From Parcubacteria group bacterium Gr01-1014_31 (GTDB lineage Bacteria > Patescibacteriota > Patescibacteriia > Buchananbacterales > GWA2-38-13), in contig VMFR01000003.1 in NCBI GenBank assembly GCA_007376135.1, forward strand, positions 11,660 to 75,659: a stretch of 64,000 nucleotides of DNA, given 5' to 3'. Made by a program: the position numbers and the translations under genes. Positions 9,235-18,639 of the stretch are shown one piece after another; positions within the stretch are counted from its first letter, which is position 1, and each line of letters opens with the position of its first letter. The notes below the pieces were generated by a model that saw only the letters and a program-made list of their open reading frames with translations, made no database searches and was not told the DNA's origin.

Positions 9235-10628
9235 TGCAAGACCTTCCCCGTATCGTTGCCTCGCGGTGGTGGCCGTTCGTCTACTGGCCGGCATTGTTGC
9301 TCCTCGCGATTTTTTTGAAATGGGGCCACCTGGTCAACCAGGATGAGGGGTTAACGCTGGCCGGTGCGTGGCAGGTTAGCCTTGGGTTGCAGCCATATCG
9401 TGATTTTTACGATTTCATCACGCCGGGCTCTCATTATCTTTTGGCGGGCGTCTTTCGCATGTTCGGTTCGACGTACGTCGTGGCGAAGGTCTTTTCATTG
9501 TTCCTCCTTCTGCTCTCCCTATACGGCGTGCGACGGATCACGGTGCGGTTCGCCTCCGGACCATGGTCGTGGTGGCCGTCGCTGCTGTGGCTCTTGCTGT
9601 CCGATCACTATGTGCTGATCAATCACAACACGTACGCGCTGGTGGCGGCGGTCTGGGCGATCGAGCGCGCGTTGGCGGCAGCCGGCAAGACCGCGGCGCG
9701 ATGGCCGTCCTGGCTGGTCGCGGGGTTGCTGGCCGGCGCGACCGTGATGCTGCACCAGGCGCGGGGAGCAGCCGTGGTCGCGGCCGTGCTGTGGCTCGCG
9801 CTGACCTTCGGGGTTGTCCCGGCTCTTGCCGTCATCGGGGGAGTGGCACTTGCGCTCCTGCCGCTGTTGGCATGGCCGTTGCCGCTCCTGCTGCAATCAT
9901 TGGTTGCCTTTCCTTTCGTCCAATATCTCCCGTTCAACCGGACCGGGATGACGCTGTTGGGCGCTTTGGTCGGCGTATATCTCGGGGTGGTGTTGCTTTC
10001 CCCATCACGCTGGCGAGACCGCCGCTGGGTATTTCTCTGGGGCAGCGGGGTTTTGCTGTTGGCGAGTAACTTCAGCCAAGCCGACCGTTTTCACCTGCTG
10101 CCGGCGATGTTTCCCATCGGCGCGCTGATCGCAACGGTCGCCATCCAGCGGCGTTCGCGCTGGCCGGCGTTGATGGCCGCTTCCGGCACGGCGGTATTGG
10201 CGGTAATCTCCATCGGCTTTACGGCACACCGCATTGCCAGCGTCGGCGTCAGGCCGTTCCTTCAGCTGCGCGACCCCCAGCTGGAGCAGCTGGTTTCCCG
10301 CATACAGCAAACCGTCGCGCCCCAGCAGCCGATCTTCGCCGCTCCGTTCCTGCCCAATCTTTATTTTGAAACTCAGCGCCGTAATCCGACGCGGTTCAAC
10401 GTGCTGATCTATCGGCACCATCCTTCGGCGTTCTTTGCGGCAGCGCGTGCCAGCCTGGAAGCCGACCCACCGCCCGTCATTCTCCTGAACTACTACACGA
10501 CGCCCGAAGGGTTTGCGACATTCCTGCTGGGCAACCCGGTCACTGACTATATCCGCCAGTACTACCGATACGCGGAAACCGTGAATAACATCCAGATCTA
10601 CCGCCGCACGGTCCCTCCGACACTATGA
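9141..10628 (+). CDS. GT-C fold glycosyltransferase paralog 5 (DE intact; start uncertain because it lies inside the repeat element)
   Basis: 'NQDEGLTLAGAWQVSLG...DFITPGSHY'. C-terminal 'TQRRNPTRFN'. The first in-frame ATGs (9141, 9195) lie inside the 9119-9234 inverted-repeat element, whose distal repeat has lost the ATG. Confidence 0.6.
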   Translation: MAGKIDIRRGRSYYVRHHMSITHLTVVLRGRLQDLPRIVASRWWPFVYWPALLLLAIFLKWGHLVNQDEGLTLAGAWQVSLGLQPYRDFYDFITPGSHYLLAGVFRMFGSTYVVAKVFSLFLLLLSLYGVRRITVRFASGPWSWWPSLLWLLLSDHYVLINHNTYALVAAVWAIERALAAAGKTAARWPSWLVAGLLAGATVMLHQARGAAVVAAVLWLALTFGVVPALAVIGGVALALLPLLAWPLPLLLQSLVAFPFVQYLPFNRTGMTLLGALVGVYLGVVLLSPSRWRDRRWVFLWGSGVLLLASNFSQADRFHLLPAMFPIGALIATVAIQRRSRWPALMAASGTAVLAVISIGFTAHRIASVGVRPFLQLRDPQLEQLVSRIQQTVAPQQPIFAAPFLPNLYFETQRRNPTRFNVLIYRHHPSAFFAAARASLEADPPPVILLNYYTTPEGFATFLLGNPVTDYIRQYYRYAETVNNIQIYRRTVPPTL

Positions 10629-12073
10629 AATTTCATTGGGCCAAAATGTTTTTGCGGTCACCGTGGATTTGGGCAGTGTTTGGGTTGACGGTTTTCGGCA
10701 TGGCGCTGCGATGGCTGGGATTGGGACGCGAGTCGCTGTGGATGGACGAGCTGCAGACTTTGCGCGCCGCTCTTCTGCCGTGGGGGGAGCTGGTCATGGA
10801 ACGCCTGTCGGCCGGCCACGCGCCGCTATATTTCCTCTTGATGAAGCCGTGGATAGCTGTCTTTGGTGCGTCGGAAACGGCGCTGCGGTTGCCGTCGTTG
10901 CTGTTGGGAACAGCGACCATCCCGCTGACCTATCTGTTGGGCCGGCAGGCAGTCTCCCGCACGGTCGGTCTGTTCGCGGCATGCGGGATAACAGTCTCGG
11001 CCATCAACATCGAGTACGCGCAGGAGGCACGGCCATATACGCTGCTCACGCTGTTGGTGTTGCTCTCCGCCCTGGGGGCGGTGAAGTTGCATTCCTCGTT
11101 GGGTCGGCAAGGCTGGGGGTTGGCGTGCGTTGGGTTGATCGCCGGCATCTACACGCATTCCTATTTTCTCTTCTTTGCATTGGTCATCGTGGGCTGGCTG
11201 CTGTGGTCGAGTCGGGGGACGGCGGCCGTGGGACGGGTCTGGTCGCTCGCGCTCACGGTCGGCATGGCCGCGCTGCCGTGGGTCGCTGCCGTCACTTGGC
11301 AGCAGCTGCGCCCGCAGCCGGGCAATCCGGTCTTCTTCCTTTCCCAGCAGCAGTGGACCCTCTGGGACGCCGCCGTCAATTTCTTGGTCCGGACGCGGGC
11401 GGCCACCTACTGGCCCGAACCGTCGTATCTGGCGGTCTTTCCAACCGCTCTGCTGTTGGGTGTGGCGATCCTTCCGGTCGTACGGTGGGTTCGCCGGGGC
11501 GTTACGGATCAGAAGACCCCGATCGTCCTGCTCTACGGTTTGGTAGTCATCCCGGTGCTTTTGCCGTGGCTCTGGTCGCAGGCAGGTACGAATATCTTCG
11601 GCATCCATTATCTGCTGCCGGTGACGCCGGCATTGTATGCGGTGGTTGCCGTCGGCGCGGTCAGCACATGGGAAATGCTGCCGTGGCGCCAAAGGCCGAT
11701 CGTTCTGGCGATCGCCGTTGCGGCGTTCATCCCGCTACAGTCCGGGAGTTTGGCGGTCGCGTACCTCGTGCACCATAAGCCGCCGTGGCGCGAGGTGGAC
11801 GGTTATCTCCGGCGTAACGTCGGTGGGGAAGACGCGGTCGTGCTCATCGGCCCGGCCGCCGAGGCAACTCCGGTACTGGCGCACTACGCGCGCGGAGCCT
11901 ATGCGGTGCAGCCTGCGCCGACCGCCGATGTCCGCGAGGCCGCGCGGCTCTGGATGATCGGCTATGGACCCCAGGCGATGGCGCGCTCCCTTCAGTCCCT
12001 GGCGACGGTTTTGCAACCGTTCGCAACCGTGCGGATAGATCGCATCGGCATCATCGGGCTGGAGCGCCGTTGA
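10625..12073 (+). CDS. Glycosyltransferase family 39/83-like (PMT_2, ArnT/PMT-type) membrane protein
   Basis: Canonical PMT_2 N-terminal signature 'SLWMDELQTLRAAL...HAPLYFLLMKPWIAVFGASETALRLPSLLLGTATIPLTYLLGRQ'. ATGA overlap with paralog 5. Lacks the C-terminal domain shared by paralogs 1-5. Confidence 0.75.
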   Translation: MKFHWAKMFLRSPWIWAVFGLTVFGMALRWLGLGRESLWMDELQTLRAALLPWGELVMERLSAGHAPLYFLLMKPWIAVFGASETALRLPSLLLGTATIPLTYLLGRQAVSRTVGLFAACGITVSAINIEYAQEARPYTLLTLLVLLSALGAVKLHSSLGRQGWGLACVGLIAGIYTHSYFLFFALVIVGWLLWSSRGTAAVGRVWSLALTVGMAALPWVAAVTWQQLRPQPGNPVFFLSQQQWTLWDAAVNFLVRTRAATYWPEPSYLAVFPTALLLGVAILPVVRWVRRGVTDQKTPIVLLYGLVVIPVLLPWLWSQAGTNIFGIHYLLPVTPALYAVVAVGAVSTWEMLPWRQRPIVLAIAVAAFIPLQSGSLAVAYLVHHKPPWREVDGYLRRNVGGEDAVVLIGPAAEATPVLAHYARGAYAVQPAPTADVREAARLWMIGYGPQAMARSLQSLATVLQPFATVRIDRIGIIGLERR

Positions 12074-12129
12074 ATCCAGTTTGACGGTTCCTCGTGCCGG
12101 GATTAGACTACACTCTTTAGCACCGTGAT

Positions 12130-12825
12130 ATGGCCACTTCTCGCACTGTTGCCGGAAATCATCTCGCTATCCTGGAGGAGATCCTCGAGACGATCTCGCG
12201 GACGTTAGAATTGAAAGACATTCTGCAGCAGGTCGTGCACATCGTCGCGCGGGTTACCCGTGCCGATTCCTGCCTGCTGTATCTCATTTCGGGCCGTGAG
12301 GTCGTACTCCAGGCGTCACTGAAAACGCACCCGCACTTGTCCAAGATCCGCATGAAGGTGGGTGAGGGCATTACCGGCTGGGTCGCGGAGGAGAAAAAGC
12401 TGGTGGCCATCGCCCGCGCCGCTTACCAGGATCCGCGGTTCAAGCTGTTCAATGCCCTGCCCGAAGACCGTTTTGAGGCGTTCCTGTCGGTGCCGATCAT
12501 CCATCGCGGCACGGTCATCGGTGTGATCAACGTGCAGCACCGCCGGCCCCGCCGCTATCCAAAAACCACCGTGCGACTGTTGGAGACCGTCGGCAAGCAG
12601 ATCGGCGGGCTGCTCGAAGTCGTACGGCTCGTATCGGAAACCCAGGCGCTCAAGGAGGCGTTGGAGACGCGCAAGCTGATCGCCCGCGCCAAAGCCGTGC
12701 TGATGAAGCAGCACCATTTGGACGAGGCGGCCGTTCACCAATTGTTGCTGAAAAAAAGCATGGACAAGCGTAAGTCGCTGCGCGAAGTGGCCGAGGCCGT
12801 GATTTTAGCAAGTGAGATATCGTGA
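12130..12825 (+). CDS. GAF domain plus ANTAR RNA-binding antiterminator regulator
   Basis: N-terminal GAF-like fold. C-terminal ANTAR consensus 'RKLIARAKAVLMKQHHLDEAAVHQLLLKKSMDKRKSLREVAEAVI'. Confidence 0.8.
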   Translation: MATSRTVAGNHLAILEEILETISRTLELKDILQQVVHIVARVTRADSCLLYLISGREVVLQASLKTHPHLSKIRMKVGEGITGWVAEEKKLVAIARAAYQDPRFKLFNALPEDRFEAFLSVPIIHRGTVIGVINVQHRRPRRYPKTTVRLLETVGKQIGGLLEVVRLVSETQALKEALETRKLIARAKAVLMKQHHLDEAAVHQLLLKKSMDKRKSLREVAEAVILASEIS

Positions 12826-12974
12826 AATGATTTGACTATGGGATTGCGTATTGCGCATTGTTTAGCCGTCCGGAGAATACGTAATTCGTAATCCGCAATA
12901 AAAAATTTGTAATTTATTTCTGGAGGTTATCCACTTGTCCGCCGCTCCATCGGGGCGTAGGATAGGGGAGTTGG

Positions 12975-12992
12975 CGGCACAATGGCGTGCCG
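12975..12992 (+). promoter_or_regulatory. Hexaloop hairpin in glnA leader (candidate ANTAR target)
   Basis: cggcac-AATGGC-gtgccg: 6-bp stem, hexaloop with A at position 1 and G at position 4. Confidence 0.35.
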
Positions 12993-13050
12993 TTCGCCGG
13001 AGACAATGAGGTCTTCTGGGTTTATGCCCGGGAGATTTTTTGGTATTCCT

Positions 13051-14460
13051 ATGACCAAAGACGAAATATTCTCGCTGATCGACCGCGAGCAGGTCGCGAT
13101 GGTGGATTTCCGTTTCGTGGATGTGTTCGGGCGCTGGCAGCATTTCACCTCGCCGGTGTCCGAGTTGACGCCGGAGGTGTTCGTGGAGGGCGTCGGATTC
13201 GACGGTTCTTCCATCCGCGGCTTCAAGCCGATCCAGGAAAGCGATATGCTGCTGGTGCCCGATCCGGTATCGGCGTTCGTTGACCCGTTCTTCGCCGTCA
13301 AAACCCTGGTGCTTATCTGCGATGTGTATGAGCCGGGTAATGAGCTGACGCCGTTCACCTACGACCCGCGGCGCATCGCGCGTCAGGCGGAAAGTTTCTT
13401 GCGGGGAAGCGGCGTGGCAGATGTGGCGTACTTCGGCCCCGAAGCCGAGTTCTTTATTTTTGATTCCATCCGTTACCACCAGGACGCCCGCGAAGGAAGC
13501 TACGCAATTGAATCGTCGGAAGCGCCGTGGCGGAGCGGCGACGGGGGAGCGAACCTCGGCTACCGCATTCCGCATAAAGAAGGGTATTTCCCGGTGCCGC
13601 CGCACGACACGCAGCAGGACGTGCGCACCGCGATGGTCCAGCATTTGACGGCCTGCGGCGTGCCGGTGGAAAAGCATCACCATGAGGTCGCGACCGCCGG
13701 GCAGGCGGAGATCGACCTGCGCTACGGGCCGTTGGTTTCGATGGCTGATCAGATGATGATCTACAAGTACGTGGTCAAAGCAACCGCCCGTCAGCACGGC
13801 AAGGTGGCAACCTTTATGCCCAAACCGATGTTCGGCGACAACGGTTCGGGCATGCATACGCACGTGTCGCTCTGGCAGGGCGGCAAACCGTTGTTCGCCG
13901 GTAACGGCTACGCGGGATTGTCGGACCTGGCGCTGCATTTCGCCGGCGGGTTGCTGCACCACGCGGCGGCGGTGCTCGCATTCGCCGCGCCGACGACCAA
14001 CTCCTATAAACGGCTGGTCCCCGGCTACGAGGCGCCGGTCAATCTGGTCTATTCCCAGCGTAACCGGTCGGCCGCCATCCGCATCCCCGTGTACTCGCAG
14101 TCGCCCAAGGCCAAGCGTTTGGAGTTCCGTCCGCCGGACCCGTCATCCAATCCGTACCTGACGTTCGCCGCGATGCTGATGGCCGGGTTGGACGGCATCC
14201 GGCGCAAGCTCGACCCCGGCGCTCCCATCAACGAGAACATCTACGCCCTGCCGCCGGAGCGCGCGCGGCAGATCAAGTCGGTGCCCGGGTCGTTGGGCCA
14301 GTCGCTGTCGGCGTTGGCGGCCGACCACGAGTTTTTGACCGCCGGCAATGTCTTCCCCAAGGGATTCATCCAGCAGTGGATTTCCCTCAAGCGTGAAGAG
14401 ATTTCGCAGCTCAACCTGCGGCCGCATCCCTATGAATTCGTGCTCTACCACGACTGCTAA
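13051..14460 (+). CDS. glnA: Glutamine synthetase type I
   Basis: GS-I motifs ('MHTHVSLW', 'KPMFGDNGSGMHTHVS', adenylylation-region-like C-terminus). GGAGA RBS about 10 nt upstream of ATG 13051. The upstream ORF-track start at 12982 is rejected. Confidence 0.9.
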   Translation: MTKDEIFSLIDREQVAMVDFRFVDVFGRWQHFTSPVSELTPEVFVEGVGFDGSSIRGFKPIQESDMLLVPDPVSAFVDPFFAVKTLVLICDVYEPGNELTPFTYDPRRIARQAESFLRGSGVADVAYFGPEAEFFIFDSIRYHQDAREGSYAIESSEAPWRSGDGGANLGYRIPHKEGYFPVPPHDTQQDVRTAMVQHLTACGVPVEKHHHEVATAGQAEIDLRYGPLVSMADQMMIYKYVVKATARQHGKVATFMPKPMFGDNGSGMHTHVSLWQGGKPLFAGNGYAGLSDLALHFAGGLLHHAAAVLAFAAPTTNSYKRLVPGYEAPVNLVYSQRNRSAAIRIPVYSQSPKAKRLEFRPPDPSSNPYLTFAAMLMAGLDGIRRKLDPGAPINENIYALPPERARQIKSVPGSLGQSLSALAADHEFLTAGNVFPKGFIQQWISLKREEISQLNLRPHPYEFVLYHDC

Positions 14461-14549
14461 TTGACGGCCATCGAGGTAAGGCCGTACGATACCAGGGCGG
14501 TTGCACGGTGCAGCCGCCCTGAACATTTGCCCTTTCGCAAGGAGATTCC

Positions 14550-14966
14550 ATGCAATGGCCAGGCTTCTCTTTTTCTGTACCGATGCTGGCGCGGCTGGTC
14601 ACCCTCGGGATGCGCCTGCTGTACGTACAAGGGGCGACCGATGATTTGGACCGGCGGCGGGTGTTTCTGCGGTCGCGGCGCCTCCAGCTGTACGGCGAAG
14701 TCTCCACGAACGATTGGAGTCAGCCGGATCCCGACCTGCGCGTCGGATTGTTCTTCTGGGGTTCCTACCGTCCGCCGCGGCCGTACCTGCGGTTGCCGTG
14801 GTGGACCTGGCAGACGCCGCGCACGCCGGAGTACATCACTCCAAAGAACTGCTACGGCCTGCGGAACATCACCGACCGCCAGATCAGAACCGTCGTACGG
14901 TTCCTCACCGCGGCCCGTCCGATCTCGGCGGAGGAACTTTCCTGCGCCCGACTGCACCTGCCGTGA
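14550..14966 (+). CDS. Hypothetical Arg/Trp-rich protein
   Basis: AAGGAG RBS 7 nt upstream; followed by an intrinsic terminator at 14998-15026. No recognisable domain. Confidence 0.45.
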   Translation: MQWPGFSFSVPMLARLVTLGMRLLYVQGATDDLDRRRVFLRSRRLQLYGEVSTNDWSQPDPDLRVGLFFWGSYRPPRPYLRLPWWTWQTPRTPEYITPKNCYGLRNITDRQIRTVVRFLTAARPISAEELSCARLHLP

Positions 14967-14997
14967 AGGGACCGGCCCCTGTCCCCGATCCCGATCC

Positions 14998-15026
14998 CCG
15001 GCACGACCTCTGTGCCGGTCTTTTTT
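14998..15026 (+). terminator. Rho-independent terminator
   Basis: ccggcac-gacctct-gtgccgg stem followed by tcttttttt. Confidence 0.7.
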
Positions 15027-15032
15027 ACCCCC

Positions 15033-15722
15033 ATGGCAATTCCTGCCGACATCGTTGCCACCGTTACCTCGCTGCGCGATACGACCCACGACACGCGGGT
15101 TTTTTCACTGCGCCCGCACGCGGATGACTACGCATTCCTGCCCGGGCAGCACTGTCTGGTGGACGCGGGGCTGCAACGTCCCAGGCCGTTCTCGTTCACG
15201 ACTTCGCCGCTTCAGGGGCCGGAGTTCGAGCTGGCCATCAAACGTGAGGGTGTGCTCACCGACCGTTTATTCACGCTCAAAGCGGGCAACGTTGTACACA
15301 TCAGCCGTCCGCTCCCCAGCCGGCTCGCCCTGCGGCCCGACGATACCGAACTGGCGATGGTCGCCGGCGGTACGGGGGTCACGCCGTTCATGAGCATCAT
15401 CCGCGACGCCGCGCTGCACCATCTGCCTGCGAGATTACGGCTGCTGTGCGCGCATCGCACGGCCGCCGACATCATCTTCCGTTCCGAGCTGGAAGAACTG
15501 TCGCGCGCGCATCCGGCCCTGACCGTGATGTTCACGCTGACCCGGGAGCAGCCGGCCGGCTGGTTGGGCGAACACGGTCGCGTCGATGCGGCCATGCTGC
15601 ACCGCCAGTTCCCCGATTGGCAGCATCCGCGTTTTCTGCTGTGCGGCCCGCCGCCGATGGTCGTCGCGTTGCGGCGCGAATTGCTTGCCGCCGGCGTTCC
15701 CGCTGACCGCGTCGCCGTTTAA
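15033..15722 (+). CDS. FNR-like FAD/NAD(P)-binding oxidoreductase
   Basis: 'RxFSxxS'-like FAD-binding region ('RPFSFTTSP'), 'MVAGGTGVTPFMSII' NAD-binding glycine motif. Confidence 0.65.
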   Translation: MAIPADIVATVTSLRDTTHDTRVFSLRPHADDYAFLPGQHCLVDAGLQRPRPFSFTTSPLQGPEFELAIKREGVLTDRLFTLKAGNVVHISRPLPSRLALRPDDTELAMVAGGTGVTPFMSIIRDAALHHLPARLRLLCAHRTAADIIFRSELEELSRAHPALTVMFTLTREQPAGWLGEHGRVDAAMLHRQFPDWQHPRFLLCGPPPMVVALRRELLAAGVPADRVAV

Positions 15723-15793
15723 TTTACGTTGACGTCAACGATTTTACGGTGGTATACTGCCTCCGCTTTCTTTTTTGTTTGAGCCGAAATTCG

Positions 15794-16561
15794 ATGATTA
15801 AGGTCAAGAACGACGCGCCGGCCATTCCCGTACTCGAGGTGCGGGATCTGTATGCCTCGGTCGAGGGTAAGCCGATTCTCCAGGGCGTCACGCTGACGGT
15901 CGGGCGGGGCGAATTACATGTACTCATGGGCCCCAATGGTTCCGGTAAATCGACGCTCGCCAATGCGTTGGCGGGCGCGCCCAACGTTACCGTGGCCAGC
16001 GGCGCAGCCCGACTGGACGGCCATGATCTGCTGGCCATGAGTCCCGATGAGCGGGCGCGGGCCGGGCTATTTTTGGGTTTTCAGTATCCCGTCAGTATTC
16101 CCGGGTTGAGCTTGACCGGCCTGATCGCCGCGGCTCGCGCTGCCCGCGCGTTGGGTCCGGTCGAAAAGCAGGCACTGCCCGCGCTGCTCAAGGAGCTGCA
16201 ACTGGCCCCCGAGATGGTCGGCCGTGATGTGAACGAAGGATTATCGGGCGGTGAGAAAAAAAAGTCGGAGATCGCGCAGCTCACGTTGCTGCCCCCGCTG
16301 CTGGCTATTTTGGATGAACCGGACTCCGGATTGGATATTGATTCGCTGCAACTGATCGCTCGGGCCATCGACCGGCGCCACCGCGAGGGAACCGCCGTGC
16401 TCCTCATCACGCATTACCAGCGGATCGTCCAGTTCCTGCGGCCGGATGCCGTGCACGTAATGGCCAGCGGGCGGGTGGTGAAGAGCGGGCCCGGTACCAT
16501 GGCGGCCGAGATCGAGCGGACCGGCTACGCGCCGTTGCTGGGTCCGAATCCGGCAGCATAA
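15794..16561 (+). CDS. sufC: Fe-S cluster assembly ATPase SufC
   Basis: Walker A 'GPNGSGKST', ABC signature 'LSGGEKKK', Walker B 'ILDEPDSGLD'. Confidence 0.9.
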   Translation: MIKVKNDAPAIPVLEVRDLYASVEGKPILQGVTLTVGRGELHVLMGPNGSGKSTLANALAGAPNVTVASGAARLDGHDLLAMSPDERARAGLFLGFQYPVSIPGLSLTGLIAAARAARALGPVEKQALPALLKELQLAPEMVGRDVNEGLSGGEKKKSEIAQLTLLPPLLAILDEPDSGLDIDSLQLIARAIDRRHREGTAVLLITHYQRIVQFLRPDAVHVMASGRVVKSGPGTMAAEIERTGYAPLLGPNPAA

Positions 16562-16569
16562 GACCGGCT

Positions 16570-17979
16570 ATGTCCGACCATCTCTCGGAACTCGTGAAAT
16601 CAAAGCAAGAGTACCGGTACGGGTTCCAGGAACCGGACCGGTCCGTGTTGCGTTCACCCAAGGGGTTATCACGCGCGGTCGTCGACCTGATTTCCGGGCA
16701 GAAGCAGGAGCCGGATTGGATGCGGCAGCTGCGCTACGAAGGGCTGAAGCATTTTTCGGCGCGGCCGATGCCGGCCTGGGGCGCCGACCTTTCGGGTATT
16801 GATTTCAACGACATCTACTATTACATTAAGCCGACCGAGCGCAAAGCGCAGGATTGGAACGACGTGCCGCCCGAGATCAAGCGGACGTTCGATCGGCTGA
16901 AGCTGCCCAAGTACGAGCAGGAATTCCTGGCTGGGGTGGGCGCGCAGTACGATTCCGAGAATATCTACCACCATGTGTTGCCCGAGCTGCGCAAGCAGGG
17001 AGTGGTCTTCACTGACGTGGAGACCGCCACGCGCGAGTACCCAGACCTGGTGCGGCGCTATTTCTCCACGATCGTGCCGTCCAATGACAATAAGTTCGCG
17101 GCCCTCAACACGGCCGTGTGGTCGGGCGGGAGTTTCATCTACGTGCCGCCGAACGTGCATGTGGAACTGCCGCTACAGGCATATTTCCGCATCAACGCGT
17201 CGCAGATGGGGCAGTTCGAGCGCACCCTCATTATTGCCGATGAAGGCAGTTTCGTGCACTACGTGGAAGGGTGCTCGGCGCCCATCTACCAGAAAAGTTC
17301 TCTGCACAGCGCGGTGGTCGAGATCGTGGCGAAGCGCGGCGCGCGCGTGCGTTACACGACCGTACAGAACTGGTCCAAGAACGTCTACAATTTGGTGACC
17401 AAGCGCGCGCGGGCCGAAGAGGAGGCGACCGTCGAGTGGGTGGACTTCAATTTCGGCAGCAAGGTGACGATGAAATATCCGTGCGTCGTATTGGCCGGCC
17501 GCGGGGCGCGCGCAGACATTCTGTCCATGGCCTTCGCCGGAGCGGGTCAGATCCAGGACGCGGGCGGTAAGGCCATCCACTTGGCGCCGGATACCACATC
17601 GGTCATCACCTCCAAGTCGGTTGCCCAGGGCGGCGGTCGTACGACCTACCGCGGGCTGCTGCAGGTGGCCCCGGCCGCGCTGCGCTGCCGTTCGAAGGTC
17701 ACCTGCGACGCGCTCATCCTGGACCCGCAGTCAGCGTCGGACACCTATCCGACGATGAAGATCGGTAACAGCCAGGTCAGCATCGAACATGAAGCGACGG
17801 TGACCAAGATCTCCGAAGCGCAACTTTTCTACCTGCAGAGCCGCGGTTTGCCGGCCGCGGAGGCAGCCGCCCTCGTGGTCAACGGCTTCATCGAACCGTT
17901 GGTCAAGGAACTGCCGTTGGAGTACGCCGTGGAGATGAATCGTTTGATCGCCCTGGAGATGGAGGGTTCGGTCGGATAG
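16570..17979 (+). CDS. sufB: Fe-S cluster assembly protein SufB
   Basis: Length and conserved SufB blocks ('NTAVWSGGSFIYVP', 'QNWSKNVYNLVTKRA'). Confidence 0.9.
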   Translation: MSDHLSELVKSKQEYRYGFQEPDRSVLRSPKGLSRAVVDLISGQKQEPDWMRQLRYEGLKHFSARPMPAWGADLSGIDFNDIYYYIKPTERKAQDWNDVPPEIKRTFDRLKLPKYEQEFLAGVGAQYDSENIYHHVLPELRKQGVVFTDVETATREYPDLVRRYFSTIVPSNDNKFAALNTAVWSGGSFIYVPPNVHVELPLQAYFRINASQMGQFERTLIIADEGSFVHYVEGCSAPIYQKSSLHSAVVEIVAKRGARVRYTTVQNWSKNVYNLVTKRARAEEEATVEWVDFNFGSKVTMKYPCVVLAGRGARADILSMAFAGAGQIQDAGGKAIHLAPDTTSVITSKSVAQGGGRTTYRGLLQVAPAALRCRSKVTCDALILDPQSASDTYPTMKIGNSQVSIEHEATVTKISEAQLFYLQSRGLPAAEAAALVVNGFIEPLVKELPLEYAVEMNRLIALEMEGSVG

Positions 17980-17991
17980 GGGAGCATCGCC

Positions 17992-18633
17992 ATGTTTCAG
18001 ACCCTAAACGAAGTGGTCGTCCGCGGCGCGACCGTCATCGTCGACCAGGATGAAGCCGCGGACCTGCGCATCGTGCTGACGCCGCAGTCGGATGTCGTGT
18101 ACGTGGGCGTGCTCGGCCTGGGACAATCTTCCAAACGGCTGCATTTCGTGCTGCAGGACGGCGCTCGTTTGCGCTGCACCACGGTCTGCTGCGGTGCCGC
18201 GAGCGACCGGATCGCCGCCGACTATATCATTGAACACGTTGGCCGAGGCAGTACCGCCTTCACTTTGGTCAAGGGCGTTTTTTCCGACACCGCTCGCGCC
18301 GAGATCTTCGGCCTGATCAAGATCCCATCCAGCGGACAGCAGACCGAATCGTTCCTGGAACAGCGGGCGCTGCTGCTGTCGGATACCGCCTACGCCAATT
18401 TGCAGCCCAAGCTGCAGATCGAAGCCAATGATCTGAAGGCCAGTCACGCCGCCACGGTCGGCCAGCTGGATGCCAACCAGTTGTTCTACTGCCAATCGCG
18501 CGGATTGCCGCGCGCAACCGCCGCCCGGCTGATCGTGCGGGCGTTCTTGGCCGAGGCTTTGGCGGCGGTGGCGCAGCCCGAACTTCGCGGAGAATTGCAG
18601 CAAGCATTGGACCGTAAGATGGCGCTTGCATAA
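17992..18633 (+). CDS. sufD: Fe-S cluster assembly protein SufD (short form)
   Basis: SufB/D C-terminal beta-helix region 'QLFYCQSRGLPRATAARLIV'; position immediately after sufB. Confidence 0.75.
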   Translation: MFQTLNEVVVRGATVIVDQDEAADLRIVLTPQSDVVYVGVLGLGQSSKRLHFVLQDGARLRCTTVCCGAASDRIAADYIIEHVGRGSTAFTLVKGVFSDTARAEIFGLIKIPSSGQQTESFLEQRALLLSDTAYANLQPKLQIEANDLKASHAATVGQLDANQLFYCQSRGLPRATAARLIVRAFLAEALAAVAQPELRGELQQALDRKMALA

Positions 18634-18639
18634 TCTTCT

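Noticed and set aside
12862-13962. 366-aa ORF on the minus strand
   Set aside because: Antisense shadow of glnA in a high-GC region; no RBS or motif. glnA on the + strand has unambiguous homology.
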